This document shows positions 56,889 through 64,000 of a stretch of DNA of 64,000 nucleotides, piece after piece. Both the position numbers and the translations under genes were made by a program. Where the stretch lies: IMG/VR virus record IMGVR_UViG_3300042391_001376, positions 140,905-204,904 of that record; one strand, written 5' to 3'. The notes beneath the pieces are model-generated. The model saw only the letters and a list, made by a program, of their open reading frames with translations, searched no databases and was not told the origin of the DNA. Numbering within the stretch: position 1 is the first letter of the stretch; every line of letters begins with the position of its first letter.

Positions 56889-57320
56889 ATGATAGACCCA
56901 CGCAACTTAATTAACCTTACCGGAGGAGTTGTTACCGATGTTGAATTGGTTAACGACAAAATTGCAAAGTTTCGTTTAGCGGTAGATTACGCTGGATCAG
57001 AAAAAGGTTCAGATAATACATCAGGATATTTTGATGTGGTGTATTACCTCAAAGATGCCAATGGTTTTATTGGCAAGAACGCAACCTTTATCCATGGTCA
57101 AGTAAAGGCTGATAAAATTAAGAAGGGCGCAAAGCTTCAAATTGTTGGACGCTTAGTGCAAGAAAGATGGAAGCAAGACGATCAAAATAAGAATCGTGTT
57201 GTTGTAGTTGCAGAGCATATTTCTTATGCAACAACTGCTGGAGCCCAAGGAGCTAAAACAGCTTCCGCTGGAACATCGTCTGACACAGAAACGCAAAGCT
57301 CTGTACCAGACAGCTTCTAA
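56889..57320 (+). CDS. ssb: single-stranded DNA-binding protein
   Basis: NLINLTG, FRLAVD, KKG...VGRL...W, tail VPDSF. Confidence 0.9.
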   Translation: MIDPRNLINLTGGVVTDVELVNDKIAKFRLAVDYAGSEKGSDNTSGYFDVVYYLKDANGFIGKNATFIHGQVKADKIKKGAKLQIVGRLVQERWKQDDQNKNRVVVVAEHISYATTAGAQGAKTASAGTSSDTETQSSVPDSF

Positions 57321-58069
57321 TGGAAGAATTTAGTGAAGAGTTATTAAACTCTTTAATAGAGGAAGCCCTGAACGAAAAGGGGGAGAGTCTATTAAGACCA
57401 GCTTCTGGGATGTACCTATCCTTTGGAGAAACAGATCTGCTTGCTTTAACACATCAATATATGTCAAAGCATTTGCCGCAGTCTGAACTTAATAGTATTT
57501 TTCAAGAGTTTCGTTCAGAGCTTCTTTCTAGAAAAGTTGCGATAACTCCCAAAGAAGTACATACCGTTACTCGTAACTGCAGGAAATGCGCCATACCATC
57601 CACTGCCGAATTGCCCAAATGGAACGTAGTCAATCCAGATGTAGTAATCGTTGCAGAATCTCCTTCTATAGAACCTGACGCCATAAATTTAATGGTAGAA
57701 TCTATTAAGGAAGCCGGCTTTAAATCAAATGACTTATGCTTAACGTATGTTAATAGATGTCCTAAGTTTGGTAAGTATGATAGCAAAGAAATAATTAATT
57801 GTTCTCCATATTTACATACTGAAATACAATCTTTGAATCCTAAGCTCATAGTTACTATGGGCGGGCTTGCTTGTTCGGTTATATTTGGAACTGAGATTAA
57901 AATAAAAGATTACCGTGGTAGTGTGACATGGCTAGGCTATTGGCCCGTGCTGCCAACATATTCTCCTGGATATGTTTTAAAATCAGGTGCTAATGCAGTG
58001 GAGCAGTTCCGCTCTGATATGATTCAAGCTTATCAATTTATACATCAATCTAAGAAAGAAGTTGTATGA
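57320..58069 (+). CDS. uracil-DNA glycosylase family 4-like protein
   Basis: CRKC, VAESP, NRCP, CSPYL..EI, TYSP. Confidence 0.85.
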   Translation: MEEFSEELLNSLIEEALNEKGESLLRPASGMYLSFGETDLLALTHQYMSKHLPQSELNSIFQEFRSELLSRKVAITPKEVHTVTRNCRKCAIPSTAELPKWNVVNPDVVIVAESPSIEPDAINLMVESIKEAGFKSNDLCLTYVNRCPKFGKYDSKEIINCSPYLHTEIQSLNPKLIVTMGGLACSVIFGTEIKIKDYRGSVTWLGYWPVLPTYSPGYVLKSGANAVEQFRSDMIQAYQFIHQSKKEVV

Positions 58070-58467
58070 TGAAAGAAACAATATTTACTCACTCTCTTAT
58101 ATCTGACCTTGACGCTAAACAGTTTACTAAATTTGAAGAACTAGTTACAAAAGATGTTAAGTCTACTTCTACCTCAGAAGAGTTAGAAATATTAAAATCA
58201 AATTTAGATCTTTGGCTTTATTCATTGTCTTCAATTAGAAGAAATGTTGAATACCATTTGTCTTCAAGATCTGCTGCCCGCAAAGCTAAGATTAACGAAA
58301 TGCTTCAAAGCCAGGAACCTAAAGAAGCTATAAATGCTTTTAAGAATACTGAAGCTGAGTGGAGAGTTAACGCAATAAAGTTTCTTTCGACTATAGAGAA
58401 GAAAACTCTTTATGTAAAGATGATTGTAAAAGAGCAGAAACAATTAGAGAGAATAGAATACATTTAA
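58066..58467 (+). CDS. hypothetical protein
   Basis: 133-aa ORF. Confidence 0.7.
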   Translation: MMKETIFTHSLISDLDAKQFTKFEELVTKDVKSTSTSEELEILKSNLDLWLYSLSSIRRNVEYHLSSRSAARKAKINEMLQSQEPKEAINAFKNTEAEWRVNAIKFLSTIEKKTLYVKMIVKEQKQLERIEYI

Positions 58468-58468
58468 G

Positions 58469-58918
58469 ATGCAGGCCATTATCCATTGCCCAGAAATTCT
58501 TCATTCTGTTGAATCTACTTTGGATGAACAAAGTTCTTTTGGTCTTGTAGAAAACTTCTACCATGTTTTTCCGTTGTTTTACCACTATTCAGCTAGTGAA
58601 TATGGCCTTAAAGAAACTCTTGACTTAGCAACAACTTTTTCTGCGCTGCATGCTAGAGTCAAGGTTCAGGTTAATGGCTTTGACCAAACGATAAATTCTT
58701 CTATACCATTAGATATTTTAAGATATAAGATGTTGGAAGATGGCTCATATCATACGATAAGCCGTGCAAAAGGTTTTTATAAACCAGGCTACATAGTAGA
58801 AGGTGCTTTGTGGTCTAACGGTTTTTACCATTTGACCAGAGAAGAAGAATCTACCCAAATACTAGATCTACATTTCTATATCGACCAGTACACCAAAACG
58901 ATGCATAGGTACATATGA
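58469..58918 (+). CDS. hypothetical protein
   Basis: 149-aa ORF. Confidence 0.65.
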   Translation: MQAIIHCPEILHSVESTLDEQSSFGLVENFYHVFPLFYHYSASEYGLKETLDLATTFSALHARVKVQVNGFDQTINSSIPLDILRYKMLEDGSYHTISRAKGFYKPGYIVEGALWSNGFYHLTREEESTQILDLHFYIDQYTKTMHRYI

Positions 58919-59190
58919 CAATTAAATCTTATTTCTTTCGCGACAGTTCTTTTATTATAAATGTTTCTTGGGATGAAGACTCTGATTTTTTATATATAAA
59001 ATTTAATTCTGGAACCACTTGGGTATATTATGATGTTTCTGAAGAAACATATAATCGTTTGATTAGATCTGTTTCTGTTGGTGAGTACTTTAATAAAAAT
59101 ATAAGAAATAAATATTCGTCTGCAAGAATTAATTATCCAATTGAAAATGGTAATATCGATGTCCAGAAAAAAGAACAAGAAGCATCGTAA
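58915..59190 (+). CDS. KTSC-domain protein
   Basis: SSFI..V.WD...LYIKFNSG..WVY..V...SVGEYFNKNIR. Confidence 0.9.
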   Translation: MTIKSYFFRDSSFIINVSWDEDSDFLYIKFNSGTTWVYYDVSEETYNRLIRSVSVGEYFNKNIRNKYSSARINYPIENGNIDVQKKEQEAS

Positions 59191-59322
59191 TAACAAAAAT
59201 TACGCTTATTACGAAAAAATGTGGAAACCAGCTAATTCAAATGATATAAACAGAATAGCTGTTCAGGTTTTTGGGTCACTTTATTTTTCGCAACAATATG
59301 AAAATGATGATATAATAAATAC

Positions 59323-59937
59323 ATGACAACTATTGTTGGTTTACAAGGCGATAATTTTGCTGTTGTCTATGTTGATTCACGCATATCGTCTAGTGATTCC
59401 GGTGGATATATCTCCCAAATTTCAACTCTAAAAGAGGGATGCGGTAAAGTTGCGGTTAATGGCAAATACCTTTTGGGTGCCGCAGGAGATGTTAGAGCTA
59501 TCAACATTCTTCACCATGTATTCCAACCACCAACACCACCGCCAAATATGCGAGGCAAGCGTTTAGATCAATTCTTTACAGCTAAGTTTATTCCCGCATT
59601 AAGAGAATGTTTTGAACAACAGGGTTACGCAATACCTGATATTAAAGAAGACAAAGAGCACATGGCCGAACAGGCTTCTACAATACTTGTAGTTATACAT
59701 GGAATAATTTATGTCGTTGATGGAGATTACTCCTGGACCTCTGATTCTTCTGGCATGTATGCTCTTGGTTCTGGTTCATCTTATGCCTTAGGAGCATTGC
59801 AGGCTTTAGCTACTAATAGAAAGCTTACTATACCTCAAGCTAAAAAATTAGCCTTAAAAGCTTTATCTACAGCGGCAAAGTTCGATCCATATACAGGTCC
59901 GCCTTTTCATTGCCATATACAGGAACAAGGTAAATAG
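59323..59937 (+). CDS. Ntn-hydrolase threonine protease (proteasome beta/HslV-like)
   Basis: N-terminal M-TTIVG, DSR, K, GAAG, LGSGSSYALGAL, DPYTG. Confidence 0.9.
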   Translation: MTTIVGLQGDNFAVVYVDSRISSSDSGGYISQISTLKEGCGKVAVNGKYLLGAAGDVRAINILHHVFQPPTPPPNMRGKRLDQFFTAKFIPALRECFEQQGYAIPDIKEDKEHMAEQASTILVVIHGIIYVVDGDYSWTSDSSGMYALGSGSSYALGALQALATNRKLTIPQAKKLALKALSTAAKFDPYTGPPFHCHIQEQGK

Positions 59938-59944
59938 TTAGTTT

Positions 59945-59974
59945 TTGACTTTTTGTTGCTTACCTATATATAAT
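59945..59974 (+). promoter_or_regulatory. sigma-70-type promoter
   Basis: TTGACT-N18-TATAAT. Confidence 0.6.
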
Positions 59975-60018
59975 ATCCAAAGTACAGAGTTTGGCAATTA
60001 GAAATAAGGGAGCATATA

Positions 60019-60372
60019 ATGCCTAAAGAAAGTTTAGTTTGCGAAGAGTGCCAGTCATCATGGCGAAGAGAACAAACAAGAGGACGTAAACCCCGCTTAT
60101 GCCCTAACTGTCTATCTGCCCCTCAGACAGCTTCTAAGCCCTCTAGAATCGTCATAGAAGACCAGTCCCTACGAAAGCCTACCATCAAGGTTTTAGACAC
60201 AAGTATTAAGACACCTGTCAAATACAAAGGTAAGAACTCCTGGTTCTGCCCAGATTGCAAATCAACCTTCCAAACATTTGTTGGCCTAATGGAAGAACCC
60301 ATGCACTGGTGCAAGAACAATGCCAGAAACTACATCCCTTTCGTCCTTAGTCGGCAGGACGCGCAAGCATAA
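60019..60372 (+). CDS. zinc-finger protein
   Basis: CEEC...RGRKPRLCPNC, CPDC. Confidence 0.75.
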   Translation: MPKESLVCEECQSSWRREQTRGRKPRLCPNCLSAPQTASKPSRIVIEDQSLRKPTIKVLDTSIKTPVKYKGKNSWFCPDCKSTFQTFVGLMEEPMHWCKNNARNYIPFVLSRQDAQA

Positions 60373-60571
60373 TTAATATATTATATTTTCACTACTCTTT
60401 TCATCTCACAAAGGACACTCCGTGCAGACTATGATTAATAAAGATAACTTTAAAAAAATTATTTCTAAAGTTACAGACTTAAAATTTCTTATATCTTTAT
60501 TTCAAGAAATATTATTTTTATTATTCAAATTAGTCTACGGGAACAAGCCTTTGTTCACTATATAAAATAAT

Positions 60572-60805
60572 ATGGAACAGAACAACGAGGAAATCGTGAA
60601 ACTTAAAGAAACACTCTCAGAACTTCAAGCGAAGTACGAGGGAATGAAAATGCAAAAGTCAGCAGAAACCTTTTTAAGAAACAAAGATTCTGACTTAATG
60701 GACGACATGATGGAACTTATAGATCAGTTTGCTACAGGCAACGTAGATCTCAAATTCTACCAAAGAATCCAAAGAGCATATTCAAGATCAGTCAAGGAAA
60801 GATAA
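60572..60805 (+). CDS. hypothetical coiled-coil protein
   Basis: 77-aa ORF. Confidence 0.6.
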   Translation: MEQNNEEIVKLKETLSELQAKYEGMKMQKSAETFLRNKDSDLMDDMMELIDQFATGNVDLKFYQRIQRAYSRSVKER

Positions 60806-61184
60806 AGACTCATGACAGTCCCGGGACAACGCAACAACCCCTGTGCCTGCTCTGGACCCATCCCCCAAAAACCATTCTGCGGTGACCGCGGAGTAGAAGA
60901 CGACGATTAAATTAAATCTTTTAACAATGTCTTTTGTTAACTCAAAAAAATGTTTTTTAAATAGTGCCTTAGATCGCGGACCACATGCTATACTGTATAT
61001 ACGAAGTCAGATGCTCTCCGAGGGTGAGGCCAACTTTTGTTGGTCTCATCCTTTGGGTTACTGGATAAAAATATGGCCTACAGCGAAACAAGTACCTAAA
61101 AAAGATTCGTACTAAGTTTTCTTATTATCCATGATGATAGTATAATACACAACAAAACAATCGATAAATTTTATTGGGGCAATA

Positions 61185-61556
61185 ATGGGAATGTTTGATT
61201 ATCTAGATGTAAATTATGATTTACCTTTACCCGAGAACGCTACAAGCGAACATATAGTTTTTATTAAAAACGCAATTGCTGCGGACAACTTTCAAACTAA
61301 AGATTTTGAATGCATGTTAGATGTTTACTACCTTGATAAAGACGGATTCATGTATTTAAAAAATATTAATAACCATGAAGAATACTACGTTCATCAGCAC
61401 GTTAGGTGCTATACTTATATTAAGATTCCTTCCGAGGATGCTAGGTACTGGCTAGAATACGACCTTAAATTTACTGATGGAAAACTTCAACAAACTACTG
61501 TTGTTGAGTGGAGAAAGATGATACTATTTGAGCCAATAGAAATAGATAAAGAATAG
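61185..61556 (+). CDS. phage hypothetical protein
   Basis: MGMFD...FQTKD...F.DGKL pattern. Confidence 0.75.
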   Translation: MGMFDYLDVNYDLPLPENATSEHIVFIKNAIAADNFQTKDFECMLDVYYLDKDGFMYLKNINNHEEYYVHQHVRCYTYIKIPSEDARYWLEYDLKFTDGKLQQTTVVEWRKMILFEPIEIDKE

Positions 61557-61563
61557 GAATAAA

Positions 61564-61815
61564 ATGACTGAATATACTAAAATTTATATAGAAATTTATG
61601 AGGCCCTGAAAGCTGACTTAATACCTAATGAAAATTTAGATGTTGCTGCCCGAAAAATTACACGAGCAATTTGGGATATAAAACTATCAACTGCTTACAA
61701 TCTCGATTTTTCAAATACGATGGTAGCAATTCAAGATATTGTTAACAACGGTTTTCAGAAGAAAAGCAGAAAAAAACAGAATCTCAATACTAATACGTAT
61801 TGGTTTTTAAATTAA
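61564..61815 (+). CDS. hypothetical protein
   Basis: AGGA RBS. Confidence 0.6.
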   Translation: MTEYTKIYIEIYEALKADLIPNENLDVAARKITRAIWDIKLSTAYNLDFSNTMVAIQDIVNNGFQKKSRKKQNLNTNTYWFLN

Positions 61816-61819
61816 ATTT

Positions 61820-61892
61820 GCGGTTGTAACTTAACAGTAGAGTACATGAGTTTCCGATCCATGGTGTGAGGGTGCAATTCCCTTCAACCGCT
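61820..61892 (+). tRNA. atypical tRNA-Gly(TCC)
   Basis: GCGGTTG/CAACCGC plus T73, TT-TCC-GA loop, T-loop TGCAATT, D-loop without GG. Confidence 0.8.
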
Positions 61893-61904
61893 CCTTTAGA
61901 AAGA

Positions 61905-62303
61905 ATGTATATGAAAGAAATTTTAATTTCATTAAAAGAAAAAAACTTAAATAAAGTTGATTACAAAAAACAGTATCAAAGAACATGGTTGCAAATTCGC
62001 AGAACTCAATGGATTAAAGAAAATGGTCCGTGTAAAGTTTGTGGTTCTTGGGAAGGTCTAGAAGTAGACCATATTGATCCTGATAAAAAAGAATTTAGAA
62101 TAGCTACAATTTGGAGCCGCAGAAAAGAAGTAAGAGAAAAAGAATTGGCTAAGTGCCAAGTCCTATGTAAGACACATCATATTGAGAAAACCTCAAAAGA
62201 AAATAGTTTACTTGGACACGGTAGCCCAGAAAGATATAAAGATAAAAATTGCAAATGCGCCTCATGTGCAGCGGCAAAGAAAAAAGCTTCTTTTAAATCT
62301 TAG
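61905..62303 (+). CDS. HNH endonuclease
   Basis: CKVCG...LEVDHIDP...CQVLCKTHH..KT. Confidence 0.9.
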   Translation: MYMKEILISLKEKNLNKVDYKKQYQRTWLQIRRTQWIKENGPCKVCGSWEGLEVDHIDPDKKEFRIATIWSRRKEVREKELAKCQVLCKTHHIEKTSKENSLLGHGSPERYKDKNCKCASCAAAKKKASFKS

Positions 62304-62357
62304 TTTTTCCCTCAGATTATTACTATAGCCAAATGTTAATAATCTAGGAGGTGTACC

Positions 62358-62561
62358 ATGGCCGGCAAAAAACCAGCTAAAGTTAATTCGTTAGGAAACG
62401 TAAAACAAGCTGAACAGATTGGTAAGATAATTAAATATATTGGTGCCGCTAAGGGCGTCTTTCATATCTGCCCCACCTGCAATAGTAAAGTTAACAGAGG
62501 CCTTGTATATGAGCACGGCAACATAACTTATTGCACTAGAAATTGCATACCAAAAGCTTAA
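62358..62561 (+). CDS. small zinc-binding protein
   Basis: GGAGG RBS, CPTC...YCTRNC. Confidence 0.7.
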   Translation: MAGKKPAKVNSLGNVKQAEQIGKIIKYIGAAKGVFHICPTCNSKVNRGLVYEHGNITYCTRNCIPKA

Positions 62562-62577
62562 GTGCTACTATAGCAGT

Positions 62578-62967
62578 ATGCAAAATTACTGGCTTTCTGA
62601 CGTTAACTATCAAAAATCATTAGTTAAAAATATTAACGAGATGAAAAATGAGCCCATGCAGGGCACAGTAGCCCCAGCTGAGAGAGAATTCGCTGATTCT
62701 TTATTGGCAATCGTAAAAAAATATGGTAAGCTTTCAAATAACGACGGTAACGGCATTTGGGTTGGGTACGTTCCTGAAGCAGAAAATGAGAATTACGAGA
62801 TTGGGGTACGTTGCGAGAATTGTATTCTTCATGAATCAGCATCTGTTTGTAAAATTGTTAAACAAAGAATTCAACCTGGAGGGTACTGCAGATTAGCCGC
62901 TATACCCGATGGAGTTGTGGGATCATCTAAGGACGATGATGATGACGATGATTCAGATGAAGAATAG
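62578..62967 (+). CDS. HiPIP-like four-Cys protein with acidic tail
   Basis: CENC...C.IV...I.PGGYC. Confidence 0.55.
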   Translation: MQNYWLSDVNYQKSLVKNINEMKNEPMQGTVAPAEREFADSLLAIVKKYGKLSNNDGNGIWVGYVPEAENENYEIGVRCENCILHESASVCKIVKQRIQPGGYCRLAAIPDGVVGSSKDDDDDDDSDEE

Positions 62968-62982
62968 GTTTACAAATAAACA

Positions 62983-63228
62983 ATGAAAGTTTGGATTGAC
63001 CAAGACCTATGTACTGGAGATGGACTATGCGCAGAGATAGCACCAGATGTATTCCACATGATGCCAGATGGTCTTGCGTATGTAAAAGAAGGGGACAAGA
63101 TTTATGCGGCCGCTGTGGGGAACCCAGAAGGCGCAGCTGGAATGGCATATTTCGCAGACGATAGGCTTGCAGATGTAATTGAAGCAGCCGAAGAATGCCC
63201 TGGTGAGTGCATTTTTATAGAACCATAA
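62983..63228 (+). CDS. ferredoxin (single cluster, 3Fe-4S/4Fe-4S type)
   Basis: IDQDLCTGDGLCAEIAPDVF...AAEECPGECI. Confidence 0.93.
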   Translation: MKVWIDQDLCTGDGLCAEIAPDVFHMMPDGLAYVKEGDKIYAAAVGNPEGAAGMAYFADDRLADVIEAAEECPGECIFIEP

Positions 63229-63443
63229 AGGAATATAGTATGAATCAAGAAAATTTTTATGACTCTGAAAAACCAGAAGAATATGTCTATGATCCTGAAC
63301 TTATTGACTATGATTTATTCTTTAAAGATTTGTGGAAAAAAGAAGACGACTTTTTAAAGTCTGTGGGCGTCGAGCCAACTAGCTAGTAACTGGTGTATCT
63401 CGTATAGGCAATTACTATAATCCCAGCAAACAGGAGGGATTAT

Positions 63444-63701
63444 ATGGAACAAATTAAAAATATTATAATGCGCATTGTTGCGACTTTCGCAGCTTCGGGC
63501 TTAGGCGTAATTGGTGCTGGCACAATAGCCGGTGTGCCACTCTGGAAAGCCATTTTCATGGCAGGTATTGCTGGCGTAGCAACTGTAGTAGAAGGTTTAT
63601 CTAGGGCGTTTCTTGATGACGGTAAATTATCTGTTGCAGAAATAAATGAAGTCTTTAATGGAGTAGACAAAAAAGTTAGAAAAGCAGCAGATGCCAAATG
63701 A
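63444..63701 (+). CDS. small membrane protein, possible holin
   Basis: two hydrophobic helices, charged C-terminus, AGGAGG RBS. Confidence 0.6.
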   Translation: MEQIKNIIMRIVATFAASGLGVIGAGTIAGVPLWKAIFMAGIAGVATVVEGLSRAFLDDGKLSVAEINEVFNGVDKKVRKAADAK

Positions 63702-63907
63702 AGAAAGTGCTTTTAGCATTTGGAATACTTATTTTATCTGCATGTGGCTACGATGGAAATTACAGATACTCTTGTCAGGACCCAGAAAACTGGGAAGCAG
63801 AAGAGTGCAATCCGCCATTATGCAGAGTAGATGGAAACTGCACAGAAACTTTACTTGGATTCAATCCAAACGAAACAACAACAACACAGGAGATAGTCGC
63901 CCCATGA
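63698..63907 (+). CDS. small lipoprotein
   Basis: lipobox LSAC, Cys/Pro-rich. Confidence 0.7.
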   Translation: MKKVLLAFGILILSACGYDGNYRYSCQDPENWEAEECNPPLCRVDGNCTETLLGFNPNETTTTQEIVAP

Positions 63908-64000
63908 AAAAACGTTTAACACCAGCAGAACTTGATGCTCGACTTAAGTTTGTGGTTGGTTGCGTTATGGCAACCGTTTTAACCCTTACAACTATTGGAG
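63904..64000 (+). CDS. partial membrane protein (runs off window end)
   Basis: ATGA overlap, AGGAG RBS, MKKRLTPAELDARLKFVVG... Confidence 0.6.
   Translation, partial: MKKRLTPAELDARLKFVVGCVMATVLTLTTIG

Overview
This window is a 64-kb segment of a large, AT-rich tailed phage genome. The host is most likely a freshwater actinobacterium (three whiB-family genes, a 3Fe-4S-type ferredoxin). Layout: (i) 1-8.0 kb, minus strand: Gly-rich, probably virion/late proteins, a ~1130-aa DEDDh-exonuclease-domain gene broken by two +1 frameshifts, and a Clp-type AAA+ ATPase with only the second ATPase module. (ii) 8-12.5 kb: recA and an oxygenase island. (iii) ~13.1-31.6 kb: a compositionally distinct early-type region with two paralogous ~880-aa YonO/eukaryotic-RdRP-like two-barrel RNA polymerases whose catalytic motifs are in rearranged order, six copies of a TAGGAATAAGWCRG motif that may be their promoter, two proteins ending in the same ATAEVPF tail, and many structured intergenic RNAs. 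(iv) 31.6-44.6 kb: helicase, subtilase, WhiB/HTH regulators and scattered tRNAs, including a D-arm-less tRNA-like RNA and a tandem pseudoknot RNA. (v) 44.7-60 kb: a phage-encoded ubiquitin-like conjugation cluster (three E2-D-like proteins, JAB protease, E1/ThiF, a Ubl ending in EKG, AAA ATPase), followed by SSB, UDG and a proteasome-beta/HslV-like protease. (vi) 60-64 kb: HNH nuclease, ferredoxin and membrane/lipoproteins. All calls come from motif reading by eye; no searches were run.
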